From Alphaproteobacteria bacterium (GTDB lineage Bacteria > Pseudomonadota > Alphaproteobacteria > UBA9219 > RGZA01): 64,000 nt of DNA. Within the stretch, counting starts at the first letter, position 1. Each line of letters starts with the position of its first letter. Positions 21,382 to 31,297 of this stretch are shown here, piece by piece. The notes beneath the pieces were generated by a model. The model saw only the letters and a program-made list of their open reading frames with translations. It searched no databases and had not been told where the DNA came from. Location of the stretch: the NCBI GenBank assembly GCA_021732145.1, contig JAKFVN010000006.1:2474-66473 (forward strand), read 5' to 3'. A program made the position numbers and the translations under genes.

Positions 21382-21933
21382 ATGTCAGTTTCCATTCGTG
21401 ATGTCGCGCTCGCAACAGCAGCTGCACTTGCATTGTTTGCAATGTCATCAACAGAAGTCGCTGCGCAAACAACAGTAGCGCCCACACACATTAATGCAAT
21501 TCCAAACGGCTTACCGCCAGCTTTCAAAGATCAAGCAGCTCAAGACGCTTATAACGCAAAAATGCGCCGTGTTATTACCTTGGCATCAACACACCCTACT
21601 GGTGAAGTTTCTGAATTAAGCCGCGCTAGAGTTATTGGTTTTGTAGAAGCACTTAAAAAGTACAATAGAGACCCTGTATTGCAGCGCCTGCTTATTGTGC
21701 TCCCAGAAGATACGCTGAATAACTACGCACGGTTTGTCAGTGGCGTTGATAAAACAGATGCTAAGATAAGAGTTGTTAACTCAGCGGATGAAGATCGTTT
21801 CCGCACATTGATGGTTGCAAATGATGTTATTCCAAATAGCCCAACGGCATACGGCCCTGCATACCTGCCAGAACGACGTACATCGAGCCTTGAAGATCGC
21901 GCTGGCGCGACGCTTGCAGAAAACAAAAGATAA
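21382..21933 (+). CDS. hypothetical exported protein, paralog B
   Basis: Shares ALATAAALALFAMSSTEVAAQ and DKTDAKIRVVNSADEDR.RTLMVAN.VIPN..TAYGPAY with paralog A; GGGAG RBS. Confidence 0.8.
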   Translation: MSVSIRDVALATAAALALFAMSSTEVAAQTTVAPTHINAIPNGLPPAFKDQAAQDAYNAKMRRVITLASTHPTGEVSELSRARVIGFVEALKKYNRDPVLQRLLIVLPEDTLNNYARFVSGVDKTDAKIRVVNSADEDRFRTLMVANDVIPNSPTAYGPAYLPERRTSSLEDRAGATLAENKR

Positions 21934-21983
21934 GCTGCATTCTAAAGCCGCTTAGTTATAAAACCAAAATATTCAGTTAAAAG

Positions 21984-23546
21984 TTAGCCTATTCGTGGCG
22001 CGTTTGGTGCTGGCGTTTTAGCAGCCACTTGTGTTGTTGCCGTTGCCGCAGCAGTTGTTGTAGATGCTGGTGCAGCGCTTGGTGTATTGTGCGCCACTAC
22101 TGTTGCTGAAGGTGAACCACTAGGTGCTCCCGCCGTGCTTTGTGCGACTACGGTTGCCGATGGCGAACCGCTTGGCGTGGATGCTGCAACTGCCACAGAT
22201 GAAGGAGTGCCTGTTGGAGCATCAGCACGTTGCGTTGCAGTTGGTGCACCACCAAATTCATCCAAGGCCGACACTACAGATGCGACCTCTCTACGTTCAA
22301 GCGCAGTTGTTGATGGCGTTGCAGCAGATGGAGCTGCCGATGGTGTAGCAGTTGGCGAACCTGTAGGTGAAAGTGTAGCTAAGTGCGTTTGTCTTGCTAC
22401 AATTGACGCATCTTGCTGGTGGCCATGTCTATCGCGAGCGGCTTGCATTCTTGCTCTTATTTCTTCTAATGAGCGCGGGCCATGCGTTGGATGCATAGTG
22501 GTTGCAACTTCGGCTTCAGTCTTAGTAGCAAGTCTATCAAGCGTTGAGCGAGCATCAGGAGGTACACCCTGCTGCTGATGGCGCTCATGATGCTGTCTTT
22601 GCAACTCTTCGTATTGACGTGCTGCAGTAGCCATTCCGGCTTCATCCTTATTTTTCTTGGCTTCTTCGTATGCTTTCATGATATCTCGTAAGCGTTGACC
22701 ATGTTGTCTAACATGATCCAAATCACCAGTGGTTGCAGCGCCGCGCTGAGTGCGTAAAAGTGCAACATCCGCTGCAACACTATTTGTAAAGCGAGTGTTC
22801 TCTTTACCTGCGCCAAGACCGATGCGGCCCACATCGCTGACAACTTGTTGCATCTGCGCTTCGCTGCGCACGCCCAAATTCCACAAGTCGCGGGATACGC
22901 CAGCATTGAATCCATATCTTGTATGGCCATATGCCGCATACGAACCATAATCGCGGAATGCTGTGCCACCGTAATTCGGATATGAACTATTTGCACTGCT
23001 GCTGGATACGTTATCAACGCTTCCAACTGAACCGCCATTACCGATACTGCGCGCTGCAAAGATAGCTGCTTCAAGGTTAGGGAATGCGCCATAACGCGCC
23101 ACAACAGCGTTATAATCAGCTTCGCTAACTTGCTTCGATTTAAGATATTCCTGGAATGCTTTCTTTGATTCATCCGGCAATGCGGCGCCGGCGGCTGCAA
23201 CAACTGCCTGCATAATCGCTTCCGTGTTTACAGTTCCAGTAGGCCCTGTAACGCTATTTGCTGCGCTTTCAGCTGCGGCGATAACATTGCTTAGATCCGC
23301 ACCACGAAGCGGCTCAAGCCCTCTTGCGCGGCGCATGTCGTTAACGGCATCGATTTGCTTACGGATGATGAGATTGCGCTGTTCGCGGTTTAGCGGAAAT
23401 TCAAGGCGTTCCGGCAGCTGGCGGTTCTGTTCTTCACGTGTCAGACCAGTAACGCTGATGGCAACGCGCTGTGCTCCGCGCAGGTGCGACGCACGGTGCA
23501 GCGGCAATCTGTGAACGTTGTTGTCTGGTCTGTCGCCCATCGCCAT
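21984..23546 (-). CDS. hypothetical protein with coiled-coil middle and Ala/Thr/Ser/Pro-rich tail
   Basis: 520-aa ORF; PSGSPSATVVA occurs twice. Confidence 0.75.
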   Translation of the reverse strand: MAMGDRPDNNVHRLPLHRASHLRGAQRVAISVTGLTREEQNRQLPERLEFPLNREQRNLIIRKQIDAVNDMRRARGLEPLRGADLSNVIAAAESAANSVTGPTGTVNTEAIMQAVVAAAGAALPDESKKAFQEYLKSKQVSEADYNAVVARYGAFPNLEAAIFAARSIGNGGSVGSVDNVSSSSANSSYPNYGGTAFRDYGSYAAYGHTRYGFNAGVSRDLWNLGVRSEAQMQQVVSDVGRIGLGAGKENTRFTNSVAADVALLRTQRGAATTGDLDHVRQHGQRLRDIMKAYEEAKKNKDEAGMATAARQYEELQRQHHERHQQQGVPPDARSTLDRLATKTEAEVATTMHPTHGPRSLEEIRARMQAARDRHGHQQDASIVARQTHLATLSPTGSPTATPSAAPSAATPSTTALERREVASVVSALDEFGGAPTATQRADAPTGTPSSVAVAASTPSGSPSATVVAQSTAGAPSGSPSATVVAHNTPSAAPASTTTAAATATTQVAAKTPAPNAPRIG

Positions 23547-23821
23547 AAAAAATTCAGCTCAAAAAAAATAAAAAAATCTGTTTAAAAAAACATGCGTTTA
23601 CGCGCATAAAAAATTTCCCGCAAAAATGCTGCGAGACACTGGTAATATTGCGTTATTGAGGTATTTTTTTTCTTAATATTGGCCGACATTTTACGCGCTG
23701 TTAATGAACGCAACAGGATTTGGCGTAGCGTGGTAAAACAAACTTAAGCTTTAACAAATTAGTTTTTTAAAACTTCGCCGTTCAACAAATTAGTTTGTAG
23801 TGCGCGTGAGTGGGTCTAAAC

Positions 23822-25153
23822 TCACTTTGGCAGCACATCCGCGCTGATTTCACCGCGTTTTATCCAGCGGTTTAAGCGCCATCCGAAAGATAACAGCGGA
23901 ACCATGCGCCCCGCCCATGCAAATATGCCGTGCTTATCAATCCATAATCCGTACTGAACATAAACGGGATCTTCGGCAAGGATGCGTTCTTCGGCCCATG
24001 CACGCGCACCGAATATGACGCACACAAAGAAGAATGCGATTGTTAAACGGATGCATTCAAGAATGGTATCGCCTGACATAAACGGCAGCCACACCAACAC
24101 CCATGTCACGCATTTGAAGACATAGACCGGATGCTTGCAAAAATGGAATGGCCCTGCGGTGATGATGCCGCGATTGCACAGGTTTGATGAACGCGCGCCA
24201 AATATAGCTTCGCCCCAATAGTGCACCAGCTCCGATAAAATGATGATACCGCCGATGGTATAAAGCAAAATCTCATTGCTGTGGAATTGCGATACCCACG
24301 GCTTCATCCATTCCGGTTCCGGCGTAACGGGATGGTAATTGGCCCAGCGGCCAAATACGCCGCCAACCAGCGGCGCATAGCAAATCAGCGTTACAATATA
24401 CGCAAACCATGTATCGCTGATGCGGCGGATATGCGTGCCAAAAATGCGCGCGCTGAACAAATAACCCGGCATAATCGCCGCAATAATCAGCGCGTAGATA
24501 ACCAGCACAATCATCGGCTGCAATTGCGGCCATGGCATTTGCAATATCATATCCTCGCGGCCACGGAACGCTTTCAGCGTTTTGGGAAGTTCACAAAAAT
24601 TGATGGCAAAGAAAAACCCTTTGATAAACCAGGTGAGGAGCTCATCGCGAATACCATCCCACTTTGCTTCCTTCCAGCGCAGCAGGGTAAACAGGCCCAA
24701 ATCCTTCCCATCCCCACCCGATGGGCCAAGGCGCCATTCGGTATATAAATGCGTTAGGAACATAATCGGCGGGGTAATCATCAACGCATGGGGAAGCACT
24801 GCAAATAAAGGGAAATATTGCGCACGTTGGTATTCCTGTAATGCCCACCAGAAGAACAGCACCACCACCAACCCCGTCATGCTGCCAACCCATTTCAGCG
24901 CGGCGGATTTCAGCACGTCGTTAAATGGAACCTGCGGGCGCGGCGTGCCGCGCCACGGCGCACGCAACACTTCCAAACCGCACATCACGACGCTGAGCGT
25001 CACCAGAATAATTAGCGTGAGCTCCAGATTGGTTATCTCTGTCGCACGGAAATAGAGATAGATGCCAACAATAATAATCAGAAATAAAAACGGGTCATAC
25101 CAATGCGCGATGGATTTTGGCTTTGTGAGCTGCTGCGGCGGGGATGATTGCAT
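23822..25153 (-). CDS. multi-pass membrane protein, isoprenylcysteine carboxyl methyltransferase/PEMT-like C-terminus
   Basis: SNLCNRGIITAGPFHFCKHPVY and RAW.EER.L..DP.Y..Y; start set to MQSSPP at 25153. Confidence 0.75.
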   Translation of the reverse strand: MQSSPPQQLTKPKSIAHWYDPFLFLIIIVGIYLYFRATEITNLELTLIILVTLSVVMCGLEVLRAPWRGTPRPQVPFNDVLKSAALKWVGSMTGLVVVLFFWWALQEYQRAQYFPLFAVLPHALMITPPIMFLTHLYTEWRLGPSGGDGKDLGLFTLLRWKEAKWDGIRDELLTWFIKGFFFAINFCELPKTLKAFRGREDMILQMPWPQLQPMIVLVIYALIIAAIMPGYLFSARIFGTHIRRISDTWFAYIVTLICYAPLVGGVFGRWANYHPVTPEPEWMKPWVSQFHSNEILLYTIGGIIILSELVHYWGEAIFGARSSNLCNRGIITAGPFHFCKHPVYVFKCVTWVLVWLPFMSGDTILECIRLTIAFFFVCVIFGARAWAEERILAEDPVYVQYGLWIDKHGIFAWAGRMVPLLSFGWRLNRWIKRGEISADVLPK

Positions 25154-25257
25154 GTGCTTAAACCGTGTGAATGTGTTCCGCTTATTCTCGCGGGCAAAGG
25201 TTAAGCAAAAAATAAGCTCACATCGCCGCTTGCACATTACGGGGAATGTTGCGCAGG

Positions 25258-25419
25258 TGAATCAAATTTGAATCGAGTTTGAATCGCGTTTGAATCAGCG
25301 GGGCCGATTCATTTGTGAGTCTTATGCGCAACACTTTTGCGCATTTACCGAAAATCGTTCGCGCGGCGCGGCCGAAGCACTGAATCACGAATAAAAATAT
25401 GGTAAAGAAACTATGAATC
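25258..25419. promoter_or_regulatory. cluster of eight GANTC sites, four as TGAATC at 11-bp period
   Basis: TGAATC at 25258, 25269, 25280, 25291; GATTC 25306; GAGTC 25317; GAATC 25382 and 25415, in a divergent intergenic region. Confidence 0.7.
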
Positions 25420-25470
25420 TGAACGAAGCTACTAACAGAAATAATTCGGGGAAAATTCGAACCAGAGCAT

Positions 25471-26622
25471 ATGACTGAAACGGCCAAATCCATCCTCGCC
25501 AGTACAAATACCAGTTACAGGGGCGAACTAACACAAGCGGCGTTTGATGCATTCTTCGCCGCCGGCGGATTGACCGTTTATGCCGCAACCTCCTCGCCTT
25601 GGCGCTGGTTGATTTGCGCGGGCCAGCGCAATTTCCAAACCACGCTCATCTCGCCTGAAAGCATGTTCGAAACGGGTGTGGGTGAACATACCGTCACGCC
25701 GCTGGTTATCCGCGAGAAACCCCAGGTTAAAAACAATCGGCGCAAAACATTCGAACAAAGCAAGCTGGTGCAATGGTTGCTGCGCGCCGCCCAGCAAACA
25801 ACCGATATCGCGCCCGCCGCGCATTATAATAAGCTGGCCGAGGAAGCCGATGTGGAAGCCTTCACCACATTGGTGCGAATGGATAGGAATGAGTGGGATT
25901 TGTTGAACGCCCTGCCTTCCCTTTCGGCCGCTGAAATCCGGTATTTCGAGCAATCCCACAATGCCGCGCTATCCGATATTGAAAGCGCATTCCTGCCAGC
26001 CAAGCTGGAACTCCCCGCCGCCCTTGCCAATTTTTATATCCGTTACCTCACGCAAGCGCGCCGTGATGTGGAAGCATCCCTCACCATCGCGCAGGCAACG
26101 CACTCCACCCGGCTTCCGCGTCTGATGTCCGATGCCTTGGCGGTCAGCGCATTTGAAGGCGCGCAAGTGGAACCGGTGCGTCATGAAAATAATCAATACG
26201 CATCATCGGCATTAACTGACACATCCGTTTTCATTGATGCAGCCCTACGCATCGCGCAGCAAAAACTCAGCCTGCCCATCGACCATGACAGCCATTTGCT
26301 GCGCCTGAACGTGCAGGAAATGAACCGGCTGGCGGCTGATATTGTCGACCAGCACCGCCTGCACCCCTTCGCTTTCTTGCTCAAAGCCAAGGAATTGCTG
26401 ATTGGCCGTGCCGATGTGTCGCGCTTCCCGCCCCTGCTACGCTTTGCCACAGCCGTGCAGGAACGTGATTTAAACGGCGACGAGCCGTGGGTGCAGCGCA
26501 TTGCGCTGGCGTATGAACGCCTGTTTGAAGGCAAGGCCCCATCAGTTACACATGGGCCTGTTCCCGATATGCCGCATATGAGCCAAGAAGCAGAAATTTT
26601 ACGCTTCACCCGCAAAGCATAA
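25471..26622 (+). CDS. hypothetical protein
   Basis: 383-aa ORF, mostly helical-looking; no recognised motif. Confidence 0.7.
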   Translation: MTETAKSILASTNTSYRGELTQAAFDAFFAAGGLTVYAATSSPWRWLICAGQRNFQTTLISPESMFETGVGEHTVTPLVIREKPQVKNNRRKTFEQSKLVQWLLRAAQQTTDIAPAAHYNKLAEEADVEAFTTLVRMDRNEWDLLNALPSLSAAEIRYFEQSHNAALSDIESAFLPAKLELPAALANFYIRYLTQARRDVEASLTIAQATHSTRLPRLMSDALAVSAFEGAQVEPVRHENNQYASSALTDTSVFIDAALRIAQQKLSLPIDHDSHLLRLNVQEMNRLAADIVDQHRLHPFAFLLKAKELLIGRADVSRFPPLLRFATAVQERDLNGDEPWVQRIALAYERLFEGKAPSVTHGPVPDMPHMSQEAEILRFTRKA

Positions 26623-26639
26623 GAACACTATAATAGCTT

Positions 26640-26981
26640 ATGCAGAATGTTACCCCGCTCCAACTCGAGACTGAAGTTTCCTACACCAAGGATGGCCTTG
26701 TCGCCGTCATTGCGCAGGACGTAAAAACCAAAACCGTTCTGATGATGGCGTGGATGAATAAGGAAGCATTAAGTATCACTCTCAAAACGAAAGATGTGAC
26801 ATATTATTCACGCTCCCGCCAAAAACTTTGGCGCAAAGGCGAAACGTCCGGTCATACGCAAAAATTAATCGAAGCTTTTATTGATTGCGATGGCGATACA
26901 CTGCTGCTGCTTGTTGAGCAAATCGGCGCAGCGTGTCATACGGGTGCACCTCATTGCTTTTTTCGCGCCATTAAAGATTGA
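26640..26981 (+). CDS. hisI: phosphoribosyl-AMP cyclohydrolase
   Basis: [41 protein letters not shown]. Confidence 0.96.
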   Translation: MQNVTPLQLETEVSYTKDGLVAVIAQDVKTKTVLMMAWMNKEALSITLKTKDVTYYSRSRQKLWRKGETSGHTQKLIEAFIDCDGDTLLLLVEQIGAACHTGAPHCFFRAIKD

Positions 26982-27071
26982 TAAATACGTTTTTAACCCA
27001 GCATCAACCCTTTGTTGCTAGAAACCGTTCACCCGTAAATCAAACGGGAAAAAACAATAAGGGCTGAACCG

Positions 27072-27251
27072 ATGCAAAATCATTCTCAAGAACTTCATGA
27101 ATCCTGGGCGCTCGCCGGTTTGATGCGCGCGCAGTATGGCGAGCAAGCATTACCGCAAGCGGTATCCCACGCTCGCAACGGGTCAGACAGCGACACCGCA
27201 CCCATCTGGTTATCCGTTGTGGAATGCCTGTCGTTCATGAACAAGCGCTAA
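27072..27251 (+). CDS. small hypothetical protein (59 aa, below ORF-track cutoff)
   Basis: MQNHSQELHESWALAGLMRAQYGEQALPQAVSHARNGSDSDTAPIWLSVVECLSFMNKR; preceded by TAAGGG; fills the intergenic gap. Confidence 0.6.
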   Translation: MQNHSQELHESWALAGLMRAQYGEQALPQAVSHARNGSDSDTAPIWLSVVECLSFMNKR

Positions 27252-27263
27252 TCTACTTTTTGT

Positions 27264-27947
27264 TTAGCGGCGATAAACGAACAGATTGCCCTTAAAGGGG
27301 GTGTACATCGTTATCGCTTCCGGCGCTGGCCAGCGGCCTTTCAGTTCAAACTCATTGGTAATCACCAGCGCGCCCATTTTCAGCTCGTTATACAGCTTTT
27401 CGCCTAAAAGCTCCGTCATACGGCCATTTAAGAAAATAACGACGGCATCGACATTGCGACAGTCATGGGCAAAGAAATCCTGCTGCTGATAGTCGATATT
27501 TTTAAAGCCCATCACTTTTTTAAAAAACTGCGATTGCCGATATGGCAGCGTTGCCATTTCAAGCCCCAGTACCTGCGCCGCTGGTACCGCACGCGCAATC
27601 GTGCGCGTCATCTGCCCTTTTCCTGAACCGCAATCCAATACATTGTAATCCGGTTTGTTCTTGGCTTTGAAATCTGCCTTTATCAGCTCAGCTATTTTTT
27701 TGATTTCAAAAAAGCCCGTCGCCATGGTTGGCACATTCGCGCGGTTGAATGTGAATTCATAAAAAATGCGCAGCATGTAGTATGAAAGAATGGCGAGCAG
27801 AATTCCTTTTTCAAAACTCACCTCGCCCGATAACTGCGCGACCATGAACGCGATATAACCGAAAAACAGCGCGAGGATGAGGAAATCCACACTGCGAAAT
27901 CCGGCAGCTTTCATTCGTTGCAAAAACCGTGCTTTGGGCGTGATCAT
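27264..27947 (-). CDS. class I SAM-dependent methyltransferase with N-terminal membrane helices
   Basis: VLDCGSGKG motif I, GLE motif II, QDFF, LK.GALVITNEF. Confidence 0.85.
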   Translation of the reverse strand: MITPKARFLQRMKAAGFRSVDFLILALFFGYIAFMVAQLSGEVSFEKGILLAILSYYMLRIFYEFTFNRANVPTMATGFFEIKKIAELIKADFKAKNKPDYNVLDCGSGKGQMTRTIARAVPAAQVLGLEMATLPYRQSQFFKKVMGFKNIDYQQQDFFAHDCRNVDAVVIFLNGRMTELLGEKLYNELKMGALVITNEFELKGRWPAPEAITMYTPFKGNLFVYRR

Positions 27948-28107
27948 TACCAGCTCTTATTTGCTGCGGGTTAGGGACGCGTTTACCTTTATTAACCATT
28001 TAAGGTTAAGATTAAGTAACTTTTACTGAGCAGATTCACGCGCCCAAGTCTGGGGCACGATCTGCTCAGGGATGATTTCAAAATTGTACATCGCTTTTCT
28101 AATCTAA

Positions 28108-31100
28108 ATGAGCCGGATGCCACTCGATAACAACACAACGCTTGAAGACCTCCGCCGCCGGATAACGCAGCTTACGCTGGCCGATGAAGAAAGCTGTGTT
28201 CGCGCCCTTTCCCCCTTAAGCCGCCTTTCCATTCAAGATGAACGCACGGTAAGCGCGCAGGCAAAAGAATGGCTTACCTATTTACGGGATGCTGCGCAAA
28301 AAGCCGAGCCGATTGAAAAACTCATCCACCGTTTTCGCTTAACGGACAAGGAAGGCGTTGCGTTGATGGCGCTGGCCGAAGCACTGCCACGTGTTCCCGA
28401 TGATTTAACCGCTGATGCGCTGATTGCCGATAAATTATCGCAAGGCAATTGGCGCGAATATCTGAATCAATATCCCGATATGATTTCGAAAATGGCCTGG
28501 CTTGGCCTTTCGCTGGGTAAAGACGTCAGTTCATCCAATCCATTAAGTTCGTGGGTTAACAAGATAAGCCAGCACGGTTTACGTGAAGCCGTGCGCATGG
28601 GTATGAAGCGTTTGGGTGAGCATTTTGTATTAGGCACAACAATCGAAAACGCCTTAAAAAATTCACTTGGGCAAAACAGCGGTAAAAAGAAACATGCGTT
28701 GGAGCGTTATTCCTTCGACATGCTGGGCGAAGCAGCCCATACAAGTATTGATGCGGAGCGTTATTTTAACGCCTATAAGCACGCGATTGAAGTGCTGGCA
28801 GGTTACCATTCCGCGCATAAAATTGGCGGCAATGCCGTGCATGGGCCATCCATTTCTGTAAAACTATCCGCGCTGCATCCGCGCTATGAATGGGCGCAGC
28901 ATGAACGTGTGCTCAACGAAATTACGCCGCGCTTGATGGATTTGGTGGAGATTGCCGCGCATCATAACATTGGATTGACCATTGATGCGGAAGAAGCCGA
29001 GCGGCTTGAGCTGTCATTGGCGATTATTGAGCAGGTTTTGGCGAGCCCGCATTTGAAAAACTATTCTGGTTTTGGCGTGGCGGTGCAGGCATACCAGAAA
29101 CGCGCGCCCGCTGTGCTGGATTGGCTATATGAACAGGCGCAATTGCAGGGCGTGAAGATAACAGTGCGTTTAGTAAAGGGCGCATATTGGGACACGGAAA
29201 TTAAACGCGCACAGGAACGTGGCCTTACCAATTATCCCGTTTATACACGAAAAGAAGCGACAGATATTGCGTATCTGGCATGCGCCAAAAAGCTGCTGGG
29301 CTGGCGCGATGTGATTTTCCCGCAATTTGGTACGCATAATTTGCGTACCGTACTTTCCATTCGCGCTATGGCGGGCAGTGAACGCGATTATGAAATTCAA
29401 CGACTGCACGGCATGGGCGAAGATTTGCACGCGCGCATGTTGGAAGAAGGCGTTCCAAGTTGTGTCTACGCCCCCGTTGGCCCGCATAAAGAATTGCTGA
29501 GCTATCTGGTACGCCGTCTGTTGGAAAACAGCGCCAACACATCCTTCGTCAACCAATTGCATCAAGGCACGATGGATGTGGATGCACTGACCGCAGACCC
29601 ATTACAAAAATGGGAAGATGCAGATGTGAAACCCCACCCCGCTATCCCCTTGCCGCAGCATATTTTTGGCGCGGAGCGCATGAATTCATCTGGCCTCAAC
29701 CTGCATGACAGCAGCGTAACGGCCAAAACCAGCGCGATGCTGAAGAACGCAAAAACGCAAGTGTGGCAGGCATTCCCAGTCATTGATGGTAAGAAGCAAA
29801 AAGACAATCTGGCGCGGGAAATGAATAGCCCCGCCAACAGCTATCAAAAAATTGGTGAATGCGTTGATGCCATTCCATTGCATGTGAACGCCGCGATGCA
29901 AAGTTTGGATGCAGCCTTTCCTGCATGGTCAGCAAAACCTGTAAGCGAACGATGCATTCCGATTGAACGCCTTGCACATAAACTGGAAGAAAACCGCGAC
30001 GAGTTGATGGCGCTGCTGTGCTATGAGGGTGGCAAAACCATTGCCGATGCGATTGGCGAAATCCGTGAAACGGTTGATTACTGCCGTTATTACGCAGCGC
30101 GTGCGCGTGAAGTATTTGGAAGCCCAACGCATCTGCGCGGCATAAGCGGCGAAAGCAACGAATTACGCATTCATGGGCGCGGCGTGTTTGCATGTATCGC
30201 GCCGTGGAACTTCCCACTCGCCATCTTTGGCGGACAAATCATTGGCGCGTTGCTGGCAGGCAATACGGTTGTTGCAAAGCCGGCTGAGCAAACACCGCTG
30301 GTAGCAGCCAAGTTTATTGATTTGATGCTGGAAAGCGGCGTTCCAGAGAACGTTATCGCCCTCCTCCCCGGTTATTCGGATGTGGGTGCGCAGATTATCA
30401 ACCACCCATTACTGGCCGGTGTTGCGTTTACAGGTTCAACGCCCACCGCGCGCGCGATTAACCGCGCGCTGGCAGCTAAAGACGCGCCCATTATTCCGTT
30501 CATTGCGGAAACGGGCGGCATCAATGCGTTGATTGCTGATAGCTCTGCACTGCCGGAACAGATTGTTGATGATGTGATGTTGAGTGCATTCCGCAGCGCG
30601 GGGCAGCGTTGCTCCGCCGCGCGGTTACTGGTGTTACAAGACAGCATTGCCGATGATGTGATTGCGATGCTGAAAGGCGCATTACTGGAATTGCGCGTCG
30701 ACGACCCCATGCATTTATGCGCGGATGTTGGCCCAGTGATTGACCAACACGCCAAAGAAATGCTGGAAGCGCATGAACGCACATTAAAAGGCAGCGCGAA
30801 ATTGATTGGCAGCGCACGCGCAACGGAAGCCGTAAATATGGGGCATTTCATCTTGCCGCAAGCGTGGGAAATTCCCACCATCGCATCATTAGACAAAGAA
30901 GTGTTTGGGCCCATTCTGCATGTTGTGCGTTTTAAAACGGGCGAACTGGTTCAGACATTCAACGCCATCAACATGCTGGGCTATGGATTAACCGGCGGCA
31001 TTCACAGCCGCATTGATACAGTGATTGAACTTGCCAAAAAACATCTGCGCGTTGGAAATCTTTACATCAACCGCTCCATCATCGGCGCGGTTGTGGGCAG

Positions 31101-31245
31101 CCAGCCCTTTGGCGGTGATGCGTTATCGGGCACAGGGCCAAAAGCTGGCGGGCCCAACTACCTCATGCGCTTTGCAGCCGAACGCGCGATTACGCAAAAC
31201 CTTGCAGCCGCTGGCGGCGATGTGAATTTGCTGAAGCTGGATTAA
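28108..31245 (+). CDS. putA: bifunctional proline dehydrogenase / P5C dehydrogenase
   Basis: SFDMLGE, SVKLSALHPRY, IDAEE, RLVKGAYWD, YLVRRLLEN, ETGG, SAGQRCSA, EVFGP. Confidence 0.98.
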   Translation: MSRMPLDNNTTLEDLRRRITQLTLADEESCVRALSPLSRLSIQDERTVSAQAKEWLTYLRDAAQKAEPIEKLIHRFRLTDKEGVALMALAEALPRVPDDLTADALIADKLSQGNWREYLNQYPDMISKMAWLGLSLGKDVSSSNPLSSWVNKISQHGLREAVRMGMKRLGEHFVLGTTIENALKNSLGQNSGKKKHALERYSFDMLGEAAHTSIDAERYFNAYKHAIEVLAGYHSAHKIGGNAVHGPSISVKLSALHPRYEWAQHERVLNEITPRLMDLVEIAAHHNIGLTIDAEEAERLELSLAIIEQVLASPHLKNYSGFGVAVQAYQKRAPAVLDWLYEQAQLQGVKITVRLVKGAYWDTEIKRAQERGLTNYPVYTRKEATDIAYLACAKKLLGWRDVIFPQFGTHNLRTVLSIRAMAGSERDYEIQRLHGMGEDLHARMLEEGVPSCVYAPVGPHKELLSYLVRRLLENSANTSFVNQLHQGTMDVDALTADPLQKWEDADVKPHPAIPLPQHIFGAERMNSSGLNLHDSSVTAKTSAMLKNAKTQVWQAFPVIDGKKQKDNLAREMNSPANSYQKIGECVDAIPLHVNAAMQSLDAAFPAWSAKPVSERCIPIERLAHKLEENRDELMALLCYEGGKTIADAIGEIRETVDYCRYYAARAREVFGSPTHLRGISGESNELRIHGRGVFACIAPWNFPLAIFGGQIIGALLAGNTVVAKPAEQTPLVAAKFIDLMLESGVPENVIALLPGYSDVGAQIINHPLLAGVAFTGSTPTARAINRALAAKDAPIIPFIAETGGINALIADSSALPEQIVDDVMLSAFRSAGQRCSAARLLVLQDSIADDVIAMLKGALLELRVDDPMHLCADVGPVIDQHAKEMLEAHERTLKGSAKLIGSARATEAVNMGHFILPQAWEIPTIASLDKEVFGPILHVVRFKTGELVQTFNAINMLGYGLTGGIHSRIDTVIELAKKHLRVGNLYINRSIIGAVVGSQPFGGDALSGTGPKAGGPNYLMRFAAERAITQNLAAAGGDVNLLKLD

Positions 31246-31250
31246 AAAAC

Positions 31251-31297
31251 TGGCGACCCCGATACGATTTGAACGTACGACCTATTGCTTAGAAGGC
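31251..31297 (-). repeat. 47-bp duplication of the tRNA-Arg 3' portion (att core, distal copy)
   Basis: Identical to 32352-32398 (TGGCGACCCC...TTAGAAGGC), then diverges. Confidence 0.93.

Noticed and set aside
19924-28069. Shared CYGAGCARAT arms between the hairpins at 19924 and 28026
   Set aside because: Only 10 bp, in opposite arm order with different spacing; chance cannot be excluded
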